Shown here in pieces: positions 52,846-64,000 of a DNA stretch of 64,000 nucleotides. Position 1 is the first letter of the stretch, and each line of letters opens with the position of its first letter. Source of the stretch: the human T2T-CHM13v2.0 reference genome, Homo sapiens. Position numbers and translations under genes: made by a program. The notes below the pieces were generated by a model. The model made no database searches. It was not told the origin of the DNA and saw nothing but the letters and a program-made list of their open reading frames with translations. Location: assembly GCA_009914755.4 (NCBI GenBank), contig CP068257.2, forward strand, positions 40,416,001 through 40,480,000, read 5' to 3'.

Positions 52846-55800
52846 GTACTCTCATTGGTTCCCTAGAGGGCCACTGGCAGGACAAGCCTATGCCTTGGCC
52901 ATGCTGCTCAGGTGCTGGTCTAAGGAGACCCTTCCTGTCCTGATGCCTGGCCCCATTTCCACTTTCTTCGAGGGCCACACACACAGAGGGGCCTGCTGAG
53001 CTACAGTTGCTGCTGTGCAACAACTCCACTCCTAGGGGATAGCGGGGGGCCATTAGGACACAGGTGCTGGTGCCACGGCAACTCGGTTTAGAGCATGTGG
53101 GCTTTGCAGTCAGGACATGCCCTGTCCTGTCCAGTCTTACCTGTGAAGGCCACACCTCTTCCTACCTGTTGGCATTGTCAGGACTAGTGAGGGGAGGAGG
53201 CCCTGGGGGAGGCTGATCAGCAGCCCCTTCCTGCTCCCGCTCTGCAGGGCCACACCAGCCCCACCCATGCCCACCATCACCTTCTGTAAGAGACCCTGGC
53301 CTGCTGCAGCAAACAAGTTAATTCCCTCCCAGAAGATAGGGAGGCCTCTCCCCACCACCTGCCCTGCATCCTCCTTCACAGACCAGCCTCCAGGAAGCGC
53401 CTCTTGTTGGAATCAGCCCCACTTTTAGAGTGTTAACACCTTTAATTAGGGACTCACCAGGGCGATGCCCTTGCAGTCAGGGAGTCCCGTGGGTGAGAGT
53501 GGGCTGCCCTGGGGAGCTGCAGGGAGTGGAGAGTGAGGCCACAGGGAGGGACGTGAGGCATGAGGGGAGGTGGACTCAACCTGTGGGCCCTGAGCCCCTC
53601 AGTAATGGCCCCTCAGGTTCTAGAAGGCTCACTCTGGCACAGTGAAGAGGGGGCAGATCTAGAAGGAGGAAGGAAGAGAAGAGGGAGGGAAACAGGCACT
53701 GCCTGAGTGCATTCTTTCTAAGAGGCCAGGGCAGGAGACCCTCCAATCCCTCGGGCACCAAAGGAATGAGTATCCCTGGCTCTGCATGTGGGGATCCAGG
53801 CTAGGGGAGGCCCGCGCCTCCACCACCATGGCACAGTTCCAGGAAGGCAGGCTGGGGATGTGGACCGGGGCTCTCTGACCCCCAGGCAGATTTTTGGGGG
53901 TTTACCAAGCTGCACTTTAGTATAAGGGAGTTTGTGGCATTTGAGTGCTGTGGCTGTGGCGACTGTGGGAGGAGGAACATTTCAGGGCACTGAGGACACG
54001 GAGTTCTTTCTCAGAAAGGTCCCTGCCTGTGCCGGGGCCTGGTGAAGGGCACAGCCCACGAGGCTTCTGCAACTCCTGCCGCTGGAGGGCCTGTATCCCA
54101 TTTCTTCCCAGCCCCACGGTCAGAGACACCATGCTGGTGGTGTGAAGGCGCCTGTGGTGGGCGGATTTACACCCCGGATTTTGGCAGCGCGAACTTCTCC
54201 ATGCTTGCACAGCTCTTTTGATCAAAGCCGCCTTTTTCTGGGATGCCACACAGCAGGTTGGCTCCTTGGAGCTGGATGTGAGATGGTTTCAGTAAGTGAC
54301 CTGTTGAGCACCGTGACTCTGATTTGTACAGAACGAAGCAGGGCCCGAAGCTGGACCTGGCAGATGTTGGAGGCCCCTGGAAATACTGGGAAGCGTGAAG
54401 GGCAGGAGATGCTCCTTCCTCTGTGGCGGGGCCTCCAGGTCACCCGAGTGTGGGTGACTCACACCTCAGCTACCCGGGGGTCTGCGCCTCGGAGTCCTAT
54501 CCCCCAGACAGTGGTAAAATGCCAGACATGTTTCCTCCTTTCTCCTCCCACTCAATAATGACTTATGCAAAAAAGGGAAGGGAAGCATGGACACACACGT
54601 GATATGACTTTCAGTGACTTTTTCAACTTTTTCAGTCCAGCATTTGGAATGCGATGACAACTGGTGCATTATTTTAAGTTTTTAAAAATATAATTACAGA
54701 AATGAACACACGAGCCATACAGAAAATTTGGAAACACAGAAAAGAACAGGAGGAGGAAACGATCCCAAGCCTGCTGCTCACGAATAACCACCTTTCACAT
54801 GTTCTTTATCCAGGGCAGACATTTCACAAGAGGATGGCCACTGTGTCCAAGACATTTGTAGCACGATTTTACCACTCAGCAATGTATCCACAGCAGCTTT
54901 CATGCCTGTGAACATGACTCCACTGCATGCTTTTACGGCCACATGGCATTACCTCATACGCACATCAGCATTCATTGAGCAAGCTCTTGCCACTTAACTG
55001 TCAGTTGTTTCCAATTACTCATTATCATACATAATGCTGTGATGAACATCATACCGTACAAACACGACTGTGCACAAGTTGGATTATGCGCTGAGGATGA
55101 ATTCTGAGAAGTGGAACCCAGCATCTTAGCTGTGCTCTGTTAACTCCAGTGACACCCCAGCTCTGCACAGGATCAACCTCCTGGCAAACTCAGCCTCGTT
55201 AGGCAAGTCCAGGACCCCCAGAGGACCAGGAGACTCCCCAAAACTTCCTGTCCCCGCATGCTGATGACCAGGGGCCCTTTGGTGAGAACCTCCTGTCCCG
55301 ACCAGGCGAAGAGGCCCCGAGGAAGGAGGAGGGAGACAGGAGCGACTCCTCCTCAGCCCACCCAGTCCTCAGCCCTGGGAGCCTTGGGTTTTGTTGCTCA
55401 AACACAAAGCTCCCCTGTTGCCTCACTGGACCATGACTAGCAGTGTTGCCAGGAGCTGAGCAGTTCTGTTTTATTGTTTGCATTGAGTTAGGGACGAAGG
55501 AGATTTGTGACTTTCTACCAAGTTGGACTTGTTCAGCGTTCTCAGGGCACTCAGTCAGCTGGCCAGCTCCAAGGGATGGAGGGGCTTCCCGGCAGTAGCC
55601 AGTTAAGATGCAAACCTTTCACTTAAAAACACGCCTCTGGTGATTAGGCAACTATTTTTAGAAGCCAGTTTTGGGGGGATTGTTTCTATTTAAATAGGCT
55701 TTTAGTTTAGAATAGTTTTAGATTTGCAGGGAAGTTGCAAAGATAATGCAGAAAGGTCCTGTACCCCCCAACCCAGCTTCCCCTAACGTTAGCATCTTAC

Positions 55801-57795
55801 AGCTCTCGGGACTACTTGTCCTAAGGAACTGACACTGGGCATTGTCGGGAAACTCCATAGTTTATTTGGATTCCCCTGTTTTCCCCTGAATGTCTTTTTC
55901 TGTCCCAGGAGCCCACCTTCCATTTAGTCCGCATGTCTGCTTAACCCTGAGGCCTTTGCTTTTTGCACTGGGAGACAAAGCAGAGACCTTCGGATTCTCA
56001 GCAAGCCTCCACCAGGCTCCTGGCGTTGCCCTCCTCGAGCTGCACCCAACGTTCATTTTTCATGCACGGCCATCGGTAGAGCTGCCTGGATGATGAGGAG
56101 ATGAAGAGTGAGTCAGGGACAACGCAGGAAAGAGAGTGCGGCTGAGAGGAATGCCCACAGCAAGGCCGGGCGCCAGGCAGACAGGGCTGGGTGAGGAGAG
56201 CGGGGATGCAGGCTCTCTGCATATTCCGTGACTCTGGCTGCCCCTGCTCTGGCCAGCTGAGCAGTGTCCTTGGTGATGTGGTCCCAGCAGAAGCCAGGGC
56301 CGCCACCTCTTTCTTCGTTGCAGAGTGCTCTGCAGAGAACTTGGGGGACCCGAGAGGCCAGTCCCTGGGACTGCAGCCTGCTGAGGCTGCCCTTCCGCTT
56401 GGCCAATCCCACGAGTTTTCCCCACCCTCGCGGGGGTGAGTCCAGGACCCAGTTACCAGCTGGCCTCCTCTAGTCTTCTGGGCTCTGAGAGGTCTTGAGC
56501 TGTGCTCCTAAACATCCCCGGGCCATAGACACACAAAGCTTGCCATGTATCTGGGCATGAACTGGACAGCTCTGAGTAAAGCCCCAGGGGGGCATGGCAC
56601 CCACCGTCAGGGTGGCTGGCTATGGAGGCCACAGAGCTGGGCAAGCCTTCTCTGGGGCCCAGCACTGGGGTCCCTCCTCCCTCTGTGTCCTCCTCATGGC
56701 TGCCCTCAGCCTCGTCCTGGAGCTCCCATCTTCTCAGCTTCCTTCCGTCCTGGGAGATGGGGTCATCTCCTGCCCTGGGCCCACCTCTGCCGTCTTGGCA
56801 AAGGCACACTGCAGGCTCTGCAGCATCGGGCACACGCTCTGCTGTCTCCTGACCCCTGGGGTTCGGTTTCTTCTCCTTGCCCTCCTCTTGTGCTTCTTGG
56901 AGCCCTGAGCATCAGCCTCCGGACTCCTGACAGCTTCCCTTTGGGTGGATTCTCAGACTCCTGCAGTGCTTTCTGAGACCTCTATAAGCCCTTTTCTGGA
57001 AAGCCCACCGTGGCCTCCCCCTGCAGCCTTGGCTGAGGTCTGGTCCCCAGGACCAGCACACCTCCCATGGGGACCCCACCGGGTTGGCCTCTTGCCTTCC
57101 TCATCTTTGCCTCCTGCAGAGGCTGGCCGCGTTTCTGTGTCTAGAGCTGCATCGGAGCTGCACTCACACTGTGAAGGGCTGGGGAGCTGTGCAGCCAACA
57201 GCCAGCGGGCTGGCCTCAGGGGCCACCTCCAGTGCCACTCTGCCATGCGTCTCCACATGGGCGAGCAGTGGACATGTCCGACTTCACATTTGCACTGCCA
57301 CACTCCTGGTCTACACCAGGCCGTTCTTCCCGCAGCTTTCCCCAGCTCAGGAATGAAGCCCCAGGGATGCCAGACCCGAAGCCTGGGAGCCTTCCTGAAG
57401 CTTCTTCTTCTCTTACACCCCATCCCGTCTGTCAGCACATCCTGTGGACGCCCCCACCTGATCTCCCCAGGGACCCATGCTGCACTCACCTGCACTGTCA
57501 CCTAGGTCGGCCCCCACCACACCCCACACCAGGCCTGTACCTCGCCTTGTGGGCGCCAGGGCTGATGTCTGCAGAGCTGCTCCGAGCTCCCCTCTGCCCA
57601 GCCTAGGCATGAGCCCCTCTCCAGAGTGTCCTTCCAATCCCCCACACTGCTTCATTCCCTGAGGCTCTCACCCCATCTGAATATCTGTAGATCTCCTTGC
57701 ACTATTGTTCCCCCACTGGAATATAAGTTCCCTGAAGGCTGGGCCCTGGGCACCCGGCATTGTGCCCGGCACATAGCAGGTGCTCAACAAATATT

Positions 57796-57821
57796 GAATG
57801 AATGAATGAATGAATGAATGA
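57796..57821. repeat. (GAAT)n microsatellite of about 6 units.
   Basis: The tract reads gaatgaatgaatgaatgaatgaatga. Confidence 0.9.
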
Positions 57822-58147
57822 GCTATCAGGACTTGAAGCAGCAAGGGGCCCTTTCAGGGGGTGGTGGAGCCCCCTGGACCTGGACTTCTGAGGCCTAGAG
57901 GAAACAGAGACACCTAGGACCCCAGCTGAAGCTGCCCTGGAAGGACAGATGGGCAGAGGATATGAAAACCAAAGCCAATGGCCCTCCAATGGGGTGGGTG
58001 TCTGCCCAGGCATGGGGATGGGCCCCGAACAGGCCACAGACCTACAGGCAGAATTCAGCACCAGGAAGCACCGACGTGAGGTCCCCGTGCAGCAAATCAG
58101 GTTTGTCTTTTATCGCCAGTATCATTAATTGTATCATTTTCTCCCAG

Positions 58148-58309
58148 CCCTGAATCAGTCCGGGCAGTTCACGTCAAGACCCGGGGCCTGCCCCGCAGAG
58201 GGGCCTGAACCATCCACCTCCCCCTGCAGCTTGGACATCGACTGTCCTGGACTTGAGAAGTGCTGCCCCTGGTCAGGGGGGCGCTACTGCATGGCCCCTG
58301 CACCCCAAG
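58148..58309 (+). CDS. UMODL1: Coding exon 3: WAP-like four-disulfide-core module (PLNQSGQFTSRPGACPAEGPEPSTSPCSLDIDCPGLEKCCPWSGGRYCMAPAPQ).
   Basis: The acceptor (atcattttctcccag) ends at 58147 and a donor GTAGGC starts at 58310. The exon is phase 1-1 and in frame with exon 2. The motif D-x-D-C-P-G-x-x-K-C-C closely matches the elafin and SLPI WAP signature DTDCPGIKKCC. Confidence 0.55.
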
Positions 58310-58784
58310 GTAGGCTGCTGCGGGCCATGCTTATGGACAGGCAGCAAAGGCGGGTCTCGGTGAGGCCTGATCTGTGTGAAGGTGTGGGGGGGAGTGTGTT
58401 TCTAGGAGCAGTGACCGATTTCATCAGGAGCCCCCACCGTGTGCACAGGCAGCACCTGCTCTTAGATAATTTCTTAGTCAAAATCTGGCCACTGAACTCT
58501 CGGGGGAGAAATCTCATGGCGCTCTTAGGGGCCCTGAAATGGGAAGACACTTCTGGTGGAGCAGAGACCCGGATTTCCCAGTTTGCCTGGAGAGGCCAGG
58601 AGCTCCAGGTAGATTAGTTGCAGGTGTGGAGCTGGCTGTGCCTGCAGTGCCACAGGGGCCTGACGAGCGCCACAGCACCCGTAGGCAGGCCCTGCCACCT
58701 CAGATATGCGCCTGCTGGTCTGGAAAGTTCTCTTTTGATTGGGGTCTGCATCCAGGAGAATGGGAGAATGGGATGGCCTATACA

Positions 58785-59045
58785 TATATATATATGTATA
58801 ATGTTACATATTATTTAATATTTAAAATATTATATATTATAGCGTTAGTATGGTATGCAGTAATAAAGCAATAGTATACATAATATCAGATATTATTATA
58901 TGATAATACTATATCATTATACTACATGCTATTATATAGTATATATCATATTACATATGATTATACTATCCAATATTTGTAGTATCAATAAAATAATGAC
59001 AAAGTATAAAGTAATTTTCTATATCAACATACTATGACAGTATAA
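58785..59045. repeat. AT-rich low-complexity region with (TA)n and atta/tata motifs.
   Basis: The tract reads tatatatatatgtataatgttacatattatttaatatttaaaatattatatattatag... It lies in the intron between the WAP exon and exon 4. Confidence 0.85.
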
Positions 59046-59359
59046 TGAGGCTGATAGGCTCTATTTACCTCCTAAGCAGATCTCTTCAAGGGAAGGCCTG
59101 CTGCTGTGGGTCCCAGGCCCAGCTCACCTCTGAGCAGGGATCGGTGGTCTTCAGGGACATTAGGATGGAGAGGAGCGAGGGGCGGGCAGTGAGGACATCC
59201 CCCGTCTCCTGTGGTAGATGTCTTTTTGCAGGGAGGTAAATGCAGAGCAGGGCCTCTCATGGCCTCTGGTTCCCTCTCCTGCCCCCTCTCCCACCCCAGC
59301 AGCTTTTGTGACTTCAACCTGTCCTGGGTCCATAATCATCAGTGTTTTCCCTTGTGTAG

Positions 59360-59481
59360 CTCCAGAGAGGGACCCTGTGGGCTCCTGGTACAACGTCACC
59401 ATACTGGTGAAAATGGACTTCAAGGAACTCCAGCAAGTGGACCCCAGGCTCCTGAACCACATGCGCCTTCTGCATTCCTTG
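59360..59481 (+). CDS. UMODL1: Coding exon 4 (APERDPVGSWYNVTILVKMDFKELQQVDPRLLNHMRLLHSL).
   Basis: The acceptor (ttttcccttgtgtag) ends at 59359, so the exon enters in phase 1, consistent with exon 3. Using the GTAGGT donor at 59482 gives a phase-0 end that joins in frame to the next exon. An alternative donor GTGAGA at 59486 would break the frame. The exon contains an N-glycosylation sequon (NVT). Confidence 0.45.
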
Positions 59482-60752
59482 GTAGGTGAGACAGACGGGG
59501 GCTGCCTGCACCCTCCTTGTGGCAGCTGCTCAGGCAGACCCAGGTATGGGGCCGTGGAAGGGACCTGGGGGTTGGGGAGGGTGATGTTCCCCAAATGGCC
59601 CCAAATGACTGACTCTGAACGAAATTCTAGTTCTTAAAAAATCAGCTTCAAAGAGGTATGATTTACATGCAACAAAATGCACACAACTGAAGCGTGTAGT
59701 TGGCTGAGTTGTTATGTGTGTACCCTCATAGGCCCGCCTGTCGTGGTGGAGAACGCGGATCCCTAAGCTTGCAGGGGTCTGCAGTCCCAGCAAAGACAGC
59801 CTAAGCCCCGAGCTCTTCCCTCACCACCCTCAGTCCCAATTTCTTCAAGTTCTGGCTCCTGCTTCGTGGAAGCCAGCACCAACCTGGGAGTGCTGAGATG
59901 GGAACCGTAGCCCAGGGCTGGAGAGCACCCTGGGGTCTGATGGTTAGCAGCGCCCCTGGCCTCTCCACACAAGTCAGAAGCACACCCCAGGGTGGCATCC
60001 AAAACTGTCTCCAGACGTCGCCCACTGTCCCCTGGGGATAAAAACAAACACCCTGGCTGACCCTTGCTGATGACACAGGTCATGCTTTCTGGCCCATCAG
60101 CAGTGATTACCAACCAGGATGTCTTCTCCAGCTCAGGCCACCATCAGTCTCGGGAATCCCAGTGTGGACAGGGCGCTGCGTGTCCCCAAGGCTGCCGCGT
60201 GTCCCCAAGGCCGCCCTCCCTGGGGGATGGTCTGGCTTCAGGACCGGCTGCTGACAGGGGCTTGTGCTCAGAGGGGCCTCAGCTTGGTCTAATGTGCTGC
60301 TGTTGCCTCTGGAAATGCCGAACACTTTTCAGACAAGGGGCCCCGCATTTTCCTTTGGCATCTGTGTAGCTGTTCTGTGCTTCAGATCTTTTGTGTGTCC
60401 CATATGTCCCTGGGTGTCTTGGTGTCAAACCCAGGGTTGGGTCGCTCCTTGGCCGTTAGACTAAGCTGGCTGGCAGCCCAGATCAGATGGTGCACACCTC
60501 ATGTTGTTCTGGGCTGCTGGCCAGTGAGCTGCTAGACAGGTAGTCTGCAGCCTCGGCCTTAACAGCCCGGGCTAGGAGTGATTCCTGTTTCCTCTTAGCT
60601 TGTTAAGGGGACTGCCCAATTGGCCAGTAAGAAACTAGCTCTGAAGCCACACTGCCTGGCCCTAGTGTTGCCACTCATCAGCTGTGTGACCTTGGGTAAG
60701 TCACTTAACCTCTCTGTGCCTGAGATACCTCCTCCATTAAACATAAATAATC

Positions 60753-61068
<316 letters not shown>

Positions 61069-61763
61069 CATAACCCTGCCTGAGACAGGGCCATGAGCTT
61101 AAATCATACATGTAAAGAGCTTGAGATGGTTCCTGAGCTTCCTGATGCGTGTGGGGCCTGAGATGTTGTGGTTGTTGTGTTTTCAATATTGCTGCGTGAC
61201 ACCTGCTGTCTCCTCGTGCATGTAGGTTTCATGTCTCCAACCAGCCCATTACCCCCTGCAGAAGCGCCTGCCTTGCACAGGGGTCAGGCACCAGCAGGGG
61301 CTGGTCTCTGAGGCCTGCTTCTGCTGCTGAATAAGGGGTTCCGATGAGGTCGGGGCTGGTTCCCAGTTCTGTATGCTAAATTATGAGCTGCATCTCCTCC
61401 CAGGAAGGGGCTTCAAGTGTGTATCGGAGGACTCCTGCTCTCCCCAAACCTCCTTTGGAGTTCCCAGTGGAGGCTTGGGGGTTTGCTGGCAAAGTTTGTT
61501 CTGGTGACCACTGGTCTGGCTGTGCAGCTGCCAGTTCACCTGGCTTCCCAAGGGTTGAGATTTCAAGATATTAAGCTGAAATAAAAATACTGCATATGAA
61601 ATGAGGAAAGTGATCATTAAACCTCAGAAAAATAATTGGATGTGTACAACAGGAGACCGTGGCTTTTGATCTCTAATTGTCTAATTCTAGTTCTAATTCT
61701 CTGTTGTCAGCTGCAAGAGACCTGCAGTCTTGGCAAGGGCAGAAGACCGAGGGTCCTGGGTCT

Positions 61764-62156
61764 GGCTGCTGTATTAGTGTCCTGGGGCCACTGTAACCAA
61801 GGACCACAGACTGGGGGCTTCAAACAACAGAAACTTATTCTGTCACAGTTCTGGGGGCTGAAGAGTCTGAAATCAAGGTGTCGGCAGGGCTGGTTCCTCC
61901 TGAGGCCCCCAGGCCTCTCTCCTTGGCCTGCAGACGGCTGTCTTCTCTGTCTCTTCACACTGTCTTCCCCCATTCATGTCTGTTTCTGTGTCCAAATTTC
62001 CCCTTTTTGTGAGGGCACCAGCCATATTGGATTAGAACCCACCTTCACTAATTATATCTGCAGTAACCCTATTTCCAAATAAGGTCACATTCTGAGGTAC
62101 TGGAGGTTAGGACTTCAACATATGGATTTTAGGGGACAGAATTCAGCTTATCACAA
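61764..62156 (+). mobile_element. MaLR/ERVL-type LTR, family copy 5. It sits immediately upstream of exon 5.
   Basis: The sequence runs ggctgctgtattagtgtcctggggccactgtaaccaaggaccacagactgggggcttcaaacaacagaaacttattctgtcacagttctgggggctgaagagtctgaaatcaaggtgtcggcagg....ccagccatattggattagaacccaccttcactaattatatctgcagtaaccctatttccaaataaggtcacattctgaggtactggaggttaggacttcaacatatggattttaggggacagaattcagcttatcacaa. Confidence 0.7.
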
Positions 62157-62362
62157 CTGGTACTGAAAGGTACTGATAGTTCCGGTTTGTAGGACTTCTA
62201 TTGGGATAGTGATGGATAGATAAGTACTGTAGAGGTTCTTTGCTGAAGAGCAGAATGGTACGTGTGTGTGGACAGTTCATTTCAGCTCTGCGGGCCTCAG
62301 TCTCCTCGTCTGTCTGACGGGGTGTCCTTCTGCTGTGTGACACTCTGATTCTGCCTTCACAG

Positions 62363-62542
62363 GTCACCAGCGCCCTGCAACCAATGGCCTCCACCGTCCA
62401 CCACCTGCACTCAGCCCCTGGGAACGCCTCCACCACAGTGTCGCGGCTGCTACTGGGCCTGCCACGGCCACTGCCTGTGGCTGACGTCTCCACCCTGCTG
62501 GGTGACATTGCGAAGCGTGTCTATGAAGTGATCAGCGTCCAG
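62363..62542 (+). CDS. UMODL1: Coding exon 5 (VTSALQPMASTVHHLHSAPGNASTTVSRLLLGLPRPLPVADVSTLLGDIAKRVYEVISVQ).
   Basis: The acceptor (ctgccttcacag) ends at 62362. The exon is an open 60-codon phase 0-0 unit ending at a GTGCAA donor at 62543, which is a weak donor. It carries the NAS sequon. It is continuous with exon 4 only if the 59482 donor is used. Confidence 0.4.
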
Positions 62543-63094
62543 GTGCAAGGTTGGGCTTCCCTCAATCCTCCCTCTGGGGAGGCTGCAGGGTGGTGCCTGA
62601 ACAGCCAAAATGCAAGGTGGACGCTAAAGCCAGACCAGTCCTTTGTCTTTTAAAGGAGGTTTAAGTTCAGGAGCAAAAGAATAACTGGTTCAAGTGTGTT
62701 CATCCCACAGGTGTGGGACCCATCTTCAGCTCACCCTGTAAATTCCAAGTCCCCAAGTGCAGACCTCTAGAACTTATTTTGCCCCCCATTTCCCGCCCCT
62801 CTCCTCTTCCCTCCATCTCTCCTCGGATCCCTCTGGCCTCCTGCCCCCTCGGCAGGCTTCTCCTTCCATCCTAGTGGACACTGGAGTGCAAATCCCAGAG
62901 CCACACACAAAGAACTTGTTTCTTCATTTCTTTGGTTTCCTAAATTTCCCTCTCGCCTCTTTCCCACCCTTGCCAAGGACATCCTTGTACTCCAAAGGCT
63001 CCTTCAGCACAATTTGTCTAAAGTTGAATTTGTATCTGGCAAAGCACATAGACGTGGCCTTGTTTCTGGAAGAAATTACCTATTCTTTGTTGTT

Positions 63095-63215
63095 GTTGTT
63101 CTATGTCAGGAATTGGCAAGCCTCATCTAAAAGGGATCAGATAGTAAATATTTTTGGCTTTGCGGGCCCACGTGGTCTCTGTCTCAACGACTCAGCCCTG
63201 CTGTTGTAGTAGTCA
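63095..63215. mobile_element. Possible ancient DNA-transposon (MER/hAT-like) fragment.
   Basis: The motif gatcagatagtaaatatttttggctttgcgggcccacgtggtctctgtctcaacgactcagccctgctgttgtag resembles a common repeat consensus (ggccagatagtaaatattttaggctttgcgggcc...). The family name is not certain. Confidence 0.3.
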
Positions 63216-64000
63216 CAGACAGTCCGCAAGCAAACCCCTGGGCTCCCGTACGGCTTCCTGTACCCAAGCAGGAGGCAGCCAGGCTAGTCTGCTGCTCCCA
63301 GGGCTTTGCAGGAGGGTGGCTGCCTTGGTGAAGCCTCTTCTATGACACTGAGGAGGCACGTGACAATGCCAGGGCTCAGAGCCGTGTGAAAGCTCTAGTG
63401 ATTGCATTGATCTCCCTTCAGATCCGCACATGTTCTGCAGAACCAAGCTGCATTGCTCTAGTGCCATTAAGCAAAGTGCTCGTTCTGTCATCTGCTCTGT
63501 CAATGACCTTTGGCCAGAGGTTGCAGGAGCACACCTGTGGGTGGACCAGTTGAGTTTATTATTCGAGGCAGCGAGGGAGAACCCACACCATGGAGAACCA
63601 TGTGGTTTCTCAGTAGGAGATTGTTAGAAAGAACCTGTTATAGGATGTGGGTTTTGATTGGGTGGTTTGGGGAGGGTCTAGGGAAGTGTGATTTTGTTCT
63701 GAATTGAATGCCATCAGAAAATGGAGGCAACTCCACGACTGGGAATGTCAATACATCTAAGCAAAAGAGATGGGAACAATTGCATAAAGATAAGCCATAG
63801 TTTGTAAAGAACTAATAATCACTCATTTGGGCCAAGGGAGGGGCATTAGTATTTTGTGGGTGACACATGAGCTTATCGCGCTGTCTGTACTTAGACAGCA
63901 TTATGAAGAGGCCCTGTCTGAGGCTGGTTGCTGTGAGATGGTTCTGTTTGGGAGGCCTGGGCCAGCCTCAGAACGTCAGGGGTGGCTCTGGGTTTCCTTG

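Noticed and set aside
56545-57610. A cluster of overlapping ORFs of 120-190 aa on both strands in the intron between the EMI and WAP exons.
   Set aside because: Both strands are open simultaneously, which is typical of GC-rich non-coding DNA. There are no domain motifs, and none is in phase with the flanking exons through plausible splice sites.
59482-59491. Two adjacent donors for exon 4, GTAGGT at 59482 and GTGAGA at 59486.
   Set aside because: Only the 59482 donor gives a phase that joins in frame to the clean 60-codon exon at 62363. The 59486 donor leads to a stop in the next exon, unless an unseen exon intervenes.

Overview
This window is primate (almost certainly human) nuclear genomic DNA, not a prokaryotic or mobile-element locus. 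The provided ORF track uses bacterial start codons, so most of its long ORFs are translations of microsatellites, VNTRs and Alu/L1 repeats rather than genes. Roughly the first 45 kb look like repeat-dense intergenic DNA. It holds about 25 Alu copies, L1 3' fragments including one L1 nested inside another, several copies of an MaLR/ERVL-type LTR family, and a 1-kb imperfect GT-rich minisatellite flanked by local duplications. It also holds a 21-bp VNTR, several microsatellites and one CpG-dense patch. From about 45.6 kb onward a plus-strand multi-exon gene begins. Exon 1 gives an ATG plus signal peptide, exon 2 a textbook EMI domain, exon 3 a WAP-like cysteine module, and two further in-phase exons follow. 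This architecture and the residues I can read match what I recall of uromodulin-like 1 (UMODL1, 21q22.3), but I could not search a database, so the symbol is a recollection-based call. Intron 2 carries an antisense solo LTR that still has its TATA and poly-A signals. Next to it is a very homogeneous 50-bp VNTR, followed further on by a (TG)29 microsatellite. Coordinates of repeat boundaries are approximate, roughly +/-10 bp.
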